64,000 nt of DNA, taken from positions 231,758,001 through 231,822,000 of the forward strand of contig NC_058368.1 of assembly GCF_018350175.1 (NCBI RefSeq), written 5' to 3'. This stretch comes from Felis catus. Lineage: Eukaryota. Below are positions 24,070 to 36,125 of the stretch, one piece after another. A program made the translations under genes and the position numbers. Numbering within the stretch: the stretch's first letter is position 1; every line of letters begins with the position of its first letter. A model generated the notes under the pieces. That model was not told the DNA's origin and did no database searches. It saw nothing but the letters and a program-made list of their open reading frames with translations.

Positions 24070-24905
24070 TCCACTGTGCAAAACAGTTGGGTGGTTCCCC
24101 AAAAAGATAAACATAGAATTTTCATATGGCCCAACAATTCCATTCCTAGGAATATCCCCAAGAGATTGAACACAGAGGCTTAAGCGGACACCTGTATAGC
24201 AATATTCATAGCGGCATTACTCACAATAGCTAAAGAGTAGAAATAACCCAAGTGTCAATCAGCAGATGAACTGGTAAACAAGGGGCACCTGGGCGGCTCA
24301 GGCTGTCCAAACAACTGACTTCTAATTTCGGCTCAGGTCATGATCTCATCGTTCATGAAATCGAGCCCTGGGTCAGTCTCTGCACTGACAGTGCAGAGCC
24401 TGCTTGGGATTCTCTCTCTCTCCCTCTCTCTCTGCTCTTCCCTTGCTTGTGCGAGCTCTCTCTCTCTCTCCCAATGTAAATAAGTAAACTTTAAAAGAAG
24501 AGATAAACAGGTAAACGAAATGTGGTTTATGAAAATATCCCTACAACACAGTGTTGTTCAGACCTGAAAAGGAATGGAGTTCTGATACATGCTTCAAAAT
24601 GGGTGAACCCTGAAAACACTGTAAGGGAAAGATGACCGACACAAAAGGGTCAATACTACGTGAGTCCAATTAGATGAGGCAGCAGAGAAGGCAAAATTTA
24701 TAGAGATGGAAAGTGGAACAGAGGATGCGTGGGCTGGGGAGCTCATGGATACAGAATCTGTTTGGGATGATTAAAAAGTTCTAGAAATAGCAGTGATGGT
24801 TAGGCAACACTGGGAACGTACGCAGTCCCACTGAATTGTACGCTTAAAATGGTTAGAATGGTAAATGTTATGTATATTACCACGATTTTAAAAATCTATC
24901 ATAAA
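24070..24905 (+). mobile_element. L1MB-like 3' end, split by a SINE
   Basis: aacatagaatt..caattccattcctagg..cccaagtgtcaatc..ttaaaatggtt..tatattaccac. Confidence 0.88.
24282..24497 (+). mobile_element. Can-SINE nested in L1
   Basis: Head, CT tract and tail. Confidence 0.93.
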
Positions 24906-25189
24906 AAGAAAGAGGCAGAGGTTGGGAGTACTACCACAGTTATGTTCTGGTGCCATCCGTGGGTAAACACGGTGACAGTCTCCATTGGGAATTCACTCAC
25001 TGTTAAATTCTAAATCAGCCTTCCTTATTAGAATCAGCTTGCGTTCGGGCTAATAGACAAACATTATGAATCTAGATACCTTTAGAATCTAAATAGACCA
25101 TTGCCATTCAAATTTACAGGCCATTGAATGTAACACTATGCAGTGGAATTCTAAGGTCGAACACAAATAAACCTCAAAAGTAGATTTCA

Positions 25190-25376
25190 CTTTCTTCTTC
25201 CTCCCTCTCTCTTTTTCTTTTTCTTTCTTTTTTCTCTTTCTTTCTTCTTTCTTTCTTTCTTTTCCTTCCTTCCTTTCCTTTCTTTCTATTTTTCTTTCTT
25301 TCTTCTTTCTTTCTTTCTTTTCCTTCCTTCCTTCTTCCTTCCTTCCTTTCCTTTCTATTTTTTCTTTCTTCTTTTT

Positions 25377-25416
<40 letters not shown>

Positions 25417-25484
25417 TTCCTCCTTTCCTTTCCTTTCCTTTCCTTTCCTTTCCTTTCCTTTCCAGTTTTCTTTCTTTCTTTCTT
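25190..25484. repeat. Compound polypyrimidine microsatellite (TTTC/TTCC/TTTCC)
   Basis: About 295 bp almost entirely C/T on the + strand. Confidence 0.97.
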
Positions 25485-26299
25485 AAAGGGCAGAGGGTGC
25501 TTGGGGAAAATTGTCAGAGACTAGAAATTCTAACCCCTCAGGGCATCAAAGTTGTGCTTGATTGCCCGTAGTTGAGAATTTTGAAGACCGATTCAATCAC
25601 TGGTGGCTAATTCAGAGGGAACAAGCTGATTACGACTGGTATGCTTCCAGAATGTTAAAAAATAAAAATGCCTTCCTGGATGGGACCAGTGTCTGTGCAG
25701 GTGAGCCCCTTCCAGGAGCGTGCTGTGGGGGACAGCCGTCCCCTCTGCCCCCAAGTAGGAATGTGACCAGAGTTTAGTTCGGCTAGCTCAGCTGGGCAAT
25801 TTCACCTGAAAACATACTACTCTGTTTTTTCTGTGCTCTGTGTTTTGTGTCGCAAAACACCCCTGCAAGTCACAGGGGTCACACCCGGATCTCCTGGATG
25901 TGCCCTCAGGTGCTCTTATCTGGTGCAGGCTGAGTGCCAGGCCCCACAAAGAGTTCCCAGCGGGATCCCAAGGATGAATAGCAACATGTCTCCCTGTTTT
26001 TCCAGGAACAGAATGAATGGACCTCTTGTGAAATCACTCTCCAAGCGAGTTCTCTTTGGGGTTTTAAATCATATCTAAGAGAGCAAAAATTAAAAAAAAA
26101 AAAAAAAAAGCAGAACAGTGCAGACAAGCCAGCAAGGATTTTAGGGGGAAGGATCCTCAGGCCCATGGGGCTAAGCCTTCCAAAGACCTAGAGTGTGAGC
26201 TACGGAGAAACCTAGTGATTCTTTTGCTGGGCTGCAGGAATGGGGATTTTTACATTTCTAATTGGATTTCTTGCTTATTGCAAAAAAAAAAAAAATGTA

Positions 26300-26900
26300 G
26301 TATCGAATAACAAATAAGGAAGAAGAAAGTCATCCAAAACTCAGCCTCTTAATAAATCAGCAGTTTTGATTTGCCCATGTTCCCATTCAAATGTTGTGAA
26401 TAAAAATATTTAATTTTATATCATTATAATCATGGCAAAGAGATATTTTAATAAATTTCATTTCCTTTAAGATGTTAAGCATTTTCTTGTTATTCTGTAG
26501 TTATCATTTTAATAACTGTTGAGCTGATATATAGCACAGGGCCCAGAAATAAAGGCATTTGGTAAATATTTGTTTAAAAGAAGAATTAATATACTTTACT
26601 TCTCTATGCCCTTATTTGGGGAAGCATTGAATGTGATTTCATTTCTACTATTATAAATAATGTTTAATAGGTATCTTTGTGATTCTTGTCTATCCTACGT
26701 TTTGCATAATTTCATAGGGAAAGTTCTCAGAAGTAGGAGTCCGAGGTCGGCAGCTATGAAATGCATTAGCAAATTGCTTTTTAAGGAGATTGTATGGGTT
26801 TGCTGCAGTTAGCAATACACAAATATGCTGGTTTTTACATATCTTGACCAGCACTGCTATTTAAGATCTTTTTTTAATGTTTACTAATTTAACAGGTATT
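26300..26900 (-). mobile_element. Ancient L1ME-like fragment
   Basis: ctattataaataatg, ctcagaagtaggag, acatatcttgaccagcactg antisense 3' L1 motifs. Confidence 0.6.
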
Positions 26901-26944
26901 GAAAGACTTCAAGTTGAAAAGCTCTCTCTTCCAAAATAATTATA

Positions 26945-27170
26945 GGGGCATCTGGGTGGCTCAGTTGGTTGAGAATCCGACTACAGCTCAGTCATGACCT
27001 TACAGTTTGTGGGTTCGAGCCCCACATGGGGCTCTGTGCTGACAGCTCAGAGCCTGGAGTCTGCTTCGGGTTCTCTGTCTCCCTCTCTCTCTCTGCTCCT
27101 CCCCCACTCAGTCTTTCTCTCTCTCTCTCTCAAAAATAAATCGACTTTAAAAAATTAAAATAAAATAAAG
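26945..27170 (+). mobile_element. Can-SINE
   Basis: Full copy. Confidence 0.94.
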
Positions 27171-27579
27171 TAATAATGGAGTAACTTTAGCTTTTCATCT
27201 TTGTTTTATAAGCCTTTTCCTGTGACCCTGACACAGAACCTAACCAGCTTTGAATGTTGGTCAATCAACCCCATGTCAGTGGTTGTCAACCCCATGTCAG
27301 CTTCCAAGGGAGCTGGTGGGGCATCTCTCTGTCCTGCAAACAGGACAGGTGTCAGGCCCGGGACTCTCCTGAACCACTCTGAGCACAGAGCCTGTCGGGG
27401 CCTGCTGGCTGCGAGGTGACAGAAATGCTCCGAGGGGTGGAGCGGAGGCTGAAGCTTCAGGGCAGCCGGCAGACAAGGCTCTCGGGTGGGGCCGGCACTA
27501 GGTGGTTCTTCCGGATTATCCTCCCTGGAGCCCGGGAAGGGCTCAGGGCACCTCACGCTGAACACGGGCGGGGCTCTAT

Positions 27580-27755
27580 CCCTCACATGTCCCAAAGGTT
27601 ACTTTATTGCGTTGTCCCAGCAGTGTGAAAGGCTGCCTGATTTTCATCCTACGTTGCAAAATGTGGAAACGGGGCCCCGGGAAACGTGATTTGCCCACCG
27701 CCCCTGAGCCGTCGGGATCCAGGATCAGGAGATCGGATTCCAAAGCCCCCGCTCA
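27580..27755 (-). mobile_element. MIR (CpG-enriched)
   Basis: catcctacgttgcaaaatgtggaaacggggccc..gtgatttgccca..attccaaagccc. Confidence 0.6.
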
Positions 27756-27960
27756 GAGGACCGTCCTTGGGGTGCCGAGGCACAGGAAGACCTGGGCTTC
27801 AAAGTTTTTACTGGAATAACAGAGGGACGTCACAAATACATTCCATGATTACACCTTGTCTTCCAATAGGTTTTTTTTTTTTTTTTTTTTTTTTTTAGAA
27901 ATTAATATTAAAATACCCATGATGATGATGCACACTGCCTGGCTGGATCCTAATATCTTG

Positions 27961-28193
27961 TTATTTTTTATTTTTATATTTTTTTAAATCAACGAATATT
28001 TATTTGTGAGAGAGCAAGGGAGAGCCCAGGTGGGGTTGAGTTGGAGGGAGAGAGAAGGGGGGGGAGGGGCAGAAAGAGAGGGAGAGAGAACCCCAAGTGG
28101 GCGCCTCGCTGTCAGCTGATCTCCCCACGGTGAAATCATGATCTGAGCTGCAAGCGAGTCAGGCGTCCAACGGACTGAGACACCCAGGCGCCC
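27961..28193 (-). mobile_element. Can-SINE (diverged, internally deleted)
   Basis: Ends cacccaggcgccc; imperfect TSD gatccta.tat.ttg. Confidence 0.88.
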
Positions 28194-28229
28194 TGATCCT
28201 AGTATTTTGAAAACTGGGACCCAAGGCCG

Positions 28230-28300
28230 GTGTTATGGGTCCCACTACAAATGAGGAAACTGAGGCTCAGAGACTGAGAGACTGGCACAGGCGCGGTCTG
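28230..28300 (-). mobile_element. MIR core
   Basis: tacaaatgaggaaactgaggctcagaga. Confidence 0.75.
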
Positions 28301-28861
28301 AAGCCAGAGCTTCTCGCTCCCTGGAACAACGGGCTGGGCGGCACCACTGACCCCTGGGGGTGCTGAGGGCTAAGTGCTCGGTGCTCGGTGCTCGGTGCGG
28401 CACAGACTCCTGGATGATGACCGAGGCGCGGCCGAGCCCACCGGCGCGAGAAGGTGGAAATGGAGGTCGGGTGCAGGGAACGTTTGCTTCGCAGAAGACC
28501 AGAGATGGGAGCTGAGGAAGGAGGCGGAGAGGAGAGGAGGGAGCCACCTGTGCGCCCCTTTGCTCCAGTGGGGCAGGGAGCTGGCGCCCTCTAGCGCCCA
28601 GGAGACGCCCGGCACCCCAACCCACAGGCTGAAAAGTCCCCCCTGGAGTCGCACTGTGTGGACGGATGACAAGACCCAGGCGGAGGGCTGCTCGGCTCTC
28701 ATAACAGTTGATTTTCCAGGACACCCTCCCCCCCCCCCCCCGCCCCCACTGCCTCCACCACTCGGCTTTCCTCAGTTCAGGTCAACCTTTTCGGTCTTGG
28801 ATTAAACTGGGAGAAAATCTGAAAGGGGGCGTGGAGGGTGCCTTCTCCTCATTGTTCTAGA

Positions 28862-29021
28862 CCGGGTCTCTCAACACCATCCACACAGGCCGGCCCACCT
28901 GTAGGGGCGACACCTGTGCACTGTGGGACGTCTGGCAACATCTCCAGCCTGGCCCATTAGATGTCTGCAGACGCTGCCCCCTTGTCCCTGGAGACAAGGT
29001 CACCCCTGGGTGGGAACAGCT
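28862..29021 (-). mobile_element. MER20 (degraded)
   Basis: gggtctctcaac..cctgtgcactgtgggacgtctggcaacatc..cccattagatg. Confidence 0.65.
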
Positions 29022-29354
29022 ACGCTAGAGGGGCCTGCCGAGCTGCTCCGCAGGGGGAAATGGACAGATAAGTGCGTGGATTAACAAGTTAGTAGCTTAA
29101 AAGTGATCCGTGCCGTGGCGCTGCTCGATTGAATAATAGAGCGTTGACTGAGTTTCTGTGAATATTACCTTCCAGATAAGACTGTGAATTGTGTCATTCG
29201 AACCGGATTGAAACTCACCCCGTTTTGGTCTTTCTTGCAGCAGAAAATAACCCCAGGACGTGTCCTCTCCGGCTTCCGGTTCCAAACCACTGTGTGTTGT
29301 CTCTAAACAGCAGCTGCGGGACCCCCAAAGTGGGGGCATCTCAGTGGTTCTGGG

Positions 29355-29954
29355 TGACGTGGTAAACGCTGGGGTTCGGAGCCGCCGGCCAAGAAAGAAT
29401 TCTCGAGACGTCTTTGGTGCAAAAAGGTGGTTTTATGAAGGCACGGGGACAGCAGCCGTGGGCAGAAAGAGCAGCACCGGGGTCGCAACAGGCGACTGAT
29501 TATATACCTTCAAGTTGGGAGGGGGTCAGGGACAGTGGAAGTCTTTCAGGTATTTTGGAAACAAGGTTTCCAGGACCTTGAGGGGCTAGCTGCTGTTAGG
29601 AAAAGGTTATTTATTACTGTGTATTTAGTAAAACCTGAGTCATGAGACCCTTGAGATGTATATTAGGGGGCCATAAGCTTGGAGTATGATTGCCAGCATA
29701 TGTCTTGCGGTGGGGGGTGTAGAGATAAAGGAAGTTTCCAAAGGAATTTTTATATGTTAAAGTAGACTTAACAGGATCCCGCGGGGTCGGGATAATGTTA
29801 AGCTACGATTGCCTTTTGCCCTGAGCAAAGTGTCATCATCGAGGCGGCTGAGCTCCTAGAGGAATGTCACTGTGCCTGTTTCAAGGACTTGTCCACGGGC
29901 TGTAAGATGTAAGGAGATTTATCGTTTTTCCTTTTGCCTTTGTTTCTCACATCA
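29355..29954 (-). mobile_element. Solo ERV LTR, 600 bp
   Basis: TG...CA ends with short inverted termini (tgacgtg / cacatca); 5-bp TSD ctggg (29350-29354, 29955-29959); caagaaagaattc U5-like motif; antisense TATA near 29500. Confidence 0.88.
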
Positions 29955-30083
29955 CTGGGTACATCCCTGCATCCGGAGGTGTTGTAGGGTTTAATAAATT
30001 GGTGGGTACAAACCTCAGTGCTGTTGGGACAAATCACAAGAGAAGGGCAATTTTCCACATGGATTAAGAAGTCTACGGATGAA

Positions 30084-30248
30084 GGGCACCTGGACGGTTC
30101 AGTCGGTTTAGCATCCGACTCCTGATTTCAGCAGAGGTCAGGATCCCAGGGTCATGGGGTCGAGCCCCCCGTGGGGCTCCGTGCTGAGTGAGGAGGCTGC
30201 TCTAGATTCTCTCTCTTTCTCTCAAATAAAATAAAATTAAAAATAAAA
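30084..30248 (+). mobile_element. Can-SINE (older, short)
   Basis: Head and tail; imperfect TSD gtc.a.ggatgaa. Confidence 0.9.
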
Positions 30249-30959
30249 TGTCCATGGATGAATAACCTTTTCTTTCCAGTTGCCTAAGGAGAATGCTATT
30301 CTTTAATCTCTGACAACACTATCTGACGATCTCAGTGGTTCTAGGGGGCAGAGTCCCAATGGGGGCAACCTCAGAGCGGGAGGACTCTCAGCTCGTCTTC
30401 CAGAGTCTGCGCATCTGCATCTAGGTTCACCAAGGGTGCCGGCAGGCTCCTGCCAAGAGTTAAGGATGTCTCCAGCCCCGCCATCCATCATTTCTTTAGA
30501 CACGTGGAGGGAGAGGTCAAGCCAGGCAGACGGGGCTGTCGTCCGTCCCCTCCCTGAGAGGCCTTCTGTGGCCACTCCAGGCCTGGGGACAGCCCCACCG
30601 CCTGAGGAGGGCGCACAGAACAGGCGCTTAGGGACAGAGCCTTATCTGATGGGCGCCGTGGAGCTGGCCCTGCGAACAGAGCCGCCGGGTGACTGCTTTG
30701 GGGACTTGGACCCCACGAGGAGGGCGAGTGTGCCGAGGAACGTCGTCAGTGTGACCAGGAGAGCCCGCGTGTAGCGTGACGATGTCTTAAATTTTGTTTC
30801 TCCGCCCCAGAACACGACTGGGACTAAGACAGCCAGCTGGGTTAAGATGTAAATATAAGTCTTTCACCAAGAGAAGGATAAACTGCATGTTGGTGGAATT
30901 TGGGGTGGGGGGGGGTCTCTCTGAGCAGAACGTGAAAGTAAACAGAAGGAAAAAAATCC

Positions 30960-31480
30960 ACAGACCCGATGACATGGAAATTTACACTCTCTCTGCAGAA
31001 AACGCCTCCGTGATAATCATCAGACTATTAGGAAACGATCCCGACACACGTAACAGCGGAATGAAGATCAGCAGAGTCAGAACCTTGGAGAGCGACGCGG
31101 AAAAGACAGGTGCGCTCAGCGCAGGAGGCGAAAGGCGTGAAGTAGGTGACTCGAAAGAAGAATTAAAAAGCCAGAAAGTCCAGGAAAAAGTCATCACCGA
31201 AAGGCAAACGGGGACAGCAGTGGGGTGGCACCGAAGCTTGGCTGGCAGGTGAATCAAAATGGAAGGGTGTGGCGGCCCGCGGTGGTGAGCAAGGCGGGTG
31301 GCCGTGGCGGCGGGGCTGTGACAGCGTTTCGGGCAGCGGCTGGCGATGTGCCTAGAGATTGTCAGCGCGGACGCTCCGACCTAAAGGTCCCAGCGCTGAG
31401 AACTCAGTGGCAGCAGATAATGAGATCGGCGTCCCCGACGAGCCTCATTTCGTGGACATTCGGTGCCGGGTGACCAGCCC
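30960..31480 (+). mobile_element. Highly decayed L1/HAL1 ORF1-like remnant
   Basis: Translation MEIYTLSAENASVIIIRLL resembles the ORF1p N-terminal EIYELxDKEFKIxIL pattern; colinear with the ORF2 remnant at 32.9 kb. Confidence 0.35.
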
Positions 31481-31755
31481 TCTCAGGGGTGGCGGGGGCT
31501 GTCGTGATACACGCCAACCACGCGACAGGGATGTTTTATATGGAAGCAAACATGTGGAAAACCCTAAATGCGATACTCCTGCTTGCATTAAAAGCATTTA
31601 CGTTGACCTACGTGTTCGTAAGACATTAAATCCAAAACGTTGATAGTAAGGCAATATATGTGCGATGCTTTATTTATTCATGGGTCTCTTTCTGACTTTC
31701 TGCCTTACCTTGTTCAAAGCTGGGCCTTGGTCTGAATTCCCCTGGCTCCCATGGA

Positions 31756-31794
<39 letters not shown>

Positions 31795-31944
31795 TTCATC
31801 CCACACACATGCCACATTCACTCCTGCCCAGCTGTTCCCCGTGGGATCCAGGTCCTTCAGGCTTCTGGTTCCACCCCAAAAACAAGTTCCCTGAAGGAGA
31901 CTTGAAAGCAAAAGAGGCCTATCATGCACCCACGGCTGTTTTAA

Positions 31945-32505
31945 AATATGTGCCTCTGGTTTCTCACTCTCCTGTGCACATCCCTCCATTGTCTTGCTTT
32001 CATATTCAGAATAAAATCCATACTTTCTCTGTAGTTTATGAGGTCCCGTGGAATGTAAGCCTTCTCTGAATTCTTTCCCTCTCTCTCTTTTCTTTGCTTC
32101 GTCTACATTGAGGGCACTGGCCTCCATGCTGTCTCTAGCTAACATGCCAAGGTTATGGCCACCCCAGGGCCTTTGCACGTGCTTCTCTTGGCCCAGAAAA
32201 TGCAGTCTGGCTCTCTCCCTTGCTTATTCAGGTCTCTGCTCAAATGTCACCTCTGTGAAGAAGGCTCTTCTGATCATCCCACATAGAACAGGAACTTCCC
32301 CCATCCTTCTGTGTCCTATAATTCGGCGTTATTTCCCCCCTAGCACCTCAGTCACTGTATACCGTATACCATAACTTATACATTCACTCATTCATGTGTT
32401 TATTACCTTTTCCCAACAGAACAAAAGCTCCATGAGGGGGAGACTCGGCTTGTTCTTTGCTGCCTCCATGGTTCCTGAAAGGATATCTGGTTCCTATGTA
32501 TTGGG
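31945..32505 (+). mobile_element. L2 3' fragment
   Basis: tcagaataaaatcca, cagggcctttgcac, ctgctcaaatgtcacctc, aagctccatgagggg. Confidence 0.85.
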
Positions 32506-32575
32506 AGAAAGAAAAGAGAGGGAACGGTGGCAGAAATGAAGAAACTAGAAGATAAAAAACAAAATCAACAGGAAC

Positions 32576-32900
32576 AATATATATTGTTTGTTTATTTATA
32601 TATGTTTAATATATATATGCTTATAAATATATATTAAACATATATAAATAATATGTTTACTTATATATGTTTAATATATATATTTATATTAAACATATAT
32701 AAATAATACATATTAATATATATTGTATATTTATATATTAAATATATATTGTATATTTATATATGTTTAATATATAAATATATATTTAATATATAAATAT
32801 ATATTAAACACATATAAATAATATATATATTAAACATATATAAATATATATAAATGTGTGTGTATACATACACACACACACACACACACATATATATTTA
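32576..32900. repeat. AT-rich (TA)n-derived low-complexity tract with (CA)n
   Basis: Read directly from the sequence. Confidence 0.95.
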
Positions 32901-32909
32901 TTTTAGAAA

Positions 32910-33082
32910 ATATCCTAAAATAAACAAGTCTACTGACAAGACTGATTAAATCAAAAGAGGGCGACACAAATTCTGTTGGTGACAGAGGAGGCAAGGCCCA
33001 CAGGGGACGAGTTTTAAAAATTGTGAGAGACTTCCCTGACCAACTTCATGACAATGGACTGGAAGATTCTGCTGAGGTGGGG
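32910..33082 (+). mobile_element. Ancient L1 ORF2 fragment
   Basis: aaaataaacaagtctactgacaagactgatt..gacacaaatt..caacttcatgacaat resembles the IDKPLARL..YEQLYAN region. Confidence 0.55.
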
Positions 33083-33134
33083 GCCCTGCTCGGTCCCACA
33101 GCTACCCCGATGGCCTCTGCAAGCACTGGGCACA

Positions 33135-33890
33135 GCAGAGACCAGCTGAGCGGGGGTGGCGGCTTCTCCAGCATTTATGACACGAGAGAAAGAACCGCAC
33201 AGAGGTACAGACTAAAAAGCTGACAAATGTTACAGACACCGTAAAATCCAGAAAAATAACATGGAATTGTTATTAGTCGTAGTCGCAGTAATTGGCTGCC
33301 TGATGCACCTCTGCAGGGCTCATTTCTGCGGGTTTTTCGTCTCTGTTACTGCCCTGCTCCTATGAAAATAATTTGGTCGTATCATTTTCTGCAGAGAGAA
33401 TAGAAAACTAATTCTATCTTTCCTCTAGCAAGGTCGACAGAAATTTGTTTTTTATTATTGACGGTTGAGAACGCTTCTCTCCACCACCTCTGATAACGGG
33501 TAAAGCCACTGGCTTTCCACACAGTGTCTTGCTCCGTGGGTCCTCCCAGTGGGACTAGGGAGCTGTGCAGAGACCAGGAAAGCGGTCAGAGACCCTGGGT
33601 CTTTCCGGGGACCGGCAGGGGCGCAGGATCAAGCCAAGCCCTGGGAGCCTTCGTCCCTCAATCTCTCTGGATGTGGCCTCACACAGCCACTGCCTGGTGG
33701 GCACGTCCAGCTGTCCAACCCCCCCCCCAGGCCTTTCCTACATCCCCCCACCAGCGGGGTGTACACATGACCCCCCCAGGCTGGAGCACTGCTTCATGCA
33801 TGTGGGTCACGCATGTGAATCCTCCCTGCATCCCGGGAGCAGGACGCAGCCAGTGTAAGCTTTATTTTCCGCACGGCCAGCCCACCTCTG
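33135..33890. mobile_element. MER115/Zaphod-like hAT-Tip100 element
   Basis: agagagaatagaaa..ctttcctctagca..aaatttgttttttattattga; terminus aagcttt..cacgg..ccacctctg. Confidence 0.65.
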
Positions 33891-34624
33891 AGTGGGAGCC
33901 AAGCTTGGAGCAGGTAGGGACAGCTCAGGACCCCGCACAAGGAGCAAGTTGGACTGCTTGTGGGTACAGGGCTTTACCGCCGTGGTCGTGCTTCTGGGTG
34001 TGTCCCACGTGTGTCCTCCCCCCATCCCTCCTCACCACAGCAGGTGTCCTGGGACTGGCCGTCCATGGTCAGCATCAACCCTTCTCACTGCTTGTATCAT
34101 GGCAAGAAGGTTCACTTTGTTTTTACGTTTGATGCCTTTTTTTTTGTTCGTCTGTTCCCCTAGCACCGCCTTCTTTGATGTTAAATATACATACTTAAGG
34201 GTACCATTAGGATTCTCTTTCCATTCATTCACCTATATATGCCTTAGTTATTTTCGTTGTGGTTGTTCTGGAAATACAATTTACCTCTTAACACATCAGA
34301 AGCTAGCTCAGATGAACACCGATTTACTTTCTGTAGCACGCAAAGGCCTTGTTCTCCTACAGTGCCTTTCCCTCCCCGTCCTCTGCAGTGCGATTATCAC
34401 AAATCACATCTGTGTACAGACAGACCTCAGAGATACCGTGGGTTTGGTTCCAGACTGCCACAAAAGAAAAGCAAAACAAAAATTGCAATAAAATGAGTCA
34501 CATGAATTTTTTGGTTTCCCAGTGTATATAAAAGTCATGATCACCCTATACTATAGTCTATTAAGTGTGCAATGGCATTGTGTCCTTAAAAATGTACAGA
34601 CCTTAATTTAAAAAATACTTTATT

Positions 34625-34791
34625 GGGGCGCCTGGGTGGTGCCCCAGTCGGTTAAGCGTCCGACTTCAGCTCAGGTCATGATCTCGCAGTCTGTGAGTTC
34701 GAGCCCCGTGTCGGGCTCTGGGCTGACAGCTCGGAGCCTGGAGCCTGCTTCGGATTCTGTGTCTCCCTCTCTCTGCCCCTTCCCGCTCATG

Positions 34792-34834
<43 letters not shown>

Positions 34835-34855
34835 AATAGACATTAAAATTTTGAA
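34625..34855 (+). mobile_element. Can-SINE nested in Tigger
   Basis: TSD aaaaaatact(t)tattg. Confidence 0.95.
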
Positions 34856-35084
34856 AAAAATACTTATTGCTAAAAAATACTAACCATTACCTGAGCTTTC
34901 AGTGAGTTGTAATCATTGGTCACAGGTCACCTAACAAAAATAATAAGAAGAAGAAAATTTGAAATACTGTGAGGACTACCAAATGTGACAGAGACCTGAA
35001 ATGAGCAAATGCTACGGGAAAAAACATATGATGAAATTTCTCAACTCGGGGTTGCCACAAACTTTCAATTTATAAAAAACGCAT

Positions 35085-35288
35085 GGGGCGCCTGGGTGGC
35101 TCAGTCCGTGAAATGTCTGACTTTGGCTCAAGTCATGATCTCACGGCGCATGGGTTCGAGCCCCACATCAGGCTCTGTGCTGACAGCTCAGAGCCTGGAG
35201 CCTGCTTCGGGTTCTGTATCTCCCTCTCTCACTTGCACTTGTCTCTGTCTCTGTCTCTCCCTCAAAAATAAATAAACATTAAAAAAAA
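35085..35288 (+). mobile_element. Can-SINE nested in Tigger
   Basis: Full copy. Confidence 0.94.
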
Positions 35289-35598
35289 CCACCATCATAT
35301 CCGAGTGCAATAAAACAGGCATGACTATATACTGTGTGTCCATCAACACACATTTATAATTATTTCTTTATGCTAGTGTCACTTAAATTAGATAGGGGAA
35401 AAAGGCATAAAGTAAACATACCTTTACACTGTCATTTATTTACCTACGTTGTTACTTTTATCGGTGCTCTTTATTTCTTTGTGTAGATTCACAGTGCTGC
35501 CTAGTGGCCCTTAATTTCAGCCTCAAAGACTCTATTTAGTATTTCTTGTGGGAGGTCTATTAGAGACGAATTGTCTCTGATTTTTAAATATGAGAATA

Positions 35599-35838
35599 GG
35601 AGTGCCTCGCTGGTTCAGTTGGTTGAGTGTCTGACTTCAGCTCAGGTCATGATCTCACCGTTGGTAAGTTTGAGCCCCTGATCGGGCTCACTGCTGTCAC
35701 CCTGTCAACACAGAGCCCACCTCGGATCTTCTGTCCCTCAGATCCCTTGTTTCTCTGCTCCTCCCCCGCTTGTGCTCTCTCTCTCCCCCCCCCAAAATGA
35801 ATAAATAAAAGAAAACATTAAACATAAAATAAAATAAA
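35599..35838 (+). mobile_element. Can-SINE (variant subfamily)
   Basis: TSD aaatatgagaata. Confidence 0.92.
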
Positions 35839-35900
35839 ATATGAGAATATATTATTTTCTCCTGTGTTTCTGAAGATAGTTTTCCCAGATGTAGAATTCT

Positions 35901-36125
35901 TTTGTTAAAAAATGCTTCTTTAATTTATTTTTGAGAGAGAGAGAGAGAGAGAGAGAGAGTGCAAGCAGGGGAGGGGCAGAGAGAGAAGGAGACAGGATAC
36001 AGAGAATCCCAAGCAGGCTCTACACCGTCAGCACCGAGCTGATGACTCGGGGCTTGAACTCGCGAACCCTGAAATCACAACCTGGGCTGAAATCAAGAGT
36101 TGGACCCTCAACCAACTGACCCCCA
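35901..36125 (-). mobile_element. Can-SINE
   Basis: TSD ccagat(g/a)tagaattc. Confidence 0.9.

Larger units (their letters stand above)
34417..35327 (-). mobile_element. Tigger1a_Car-like element, both ends present, with two nested SINEs
   Basis: TA flanks; cagacagacctcagagata.. and ..gcaataaaacaggcatgacta terminal repeats. Confidence 0.88.

Noticed and set aside
28373..28398. gtgctcg tandem repeat, about 3.5 copies
   Set aside because: Short slippage repeat with no spacers; not CRISPR-like
15912..29021. Two oppositely oriented MER20 copies flanking TAS2R1, as if a composite transposon
   Set aside because: MER20 is abundant and ancient, there is no shared outer TSD, and TAS2R1 is a conserved mammalian locus
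33524..34491. Two ORFs of about 200 aa on the + strand
   Set aside because: They overlap MER115-like and antisense L1 sequence in GC-rich DNA and have non-protein-like composition
35680..35725. Apparent internal inversion in a SINE (gggctc..ctgtcaacacagagccc)
   Set aside because: Resembles a Can-SINE subfamily variant that I recall, so probably not a locus-specific rearrangement
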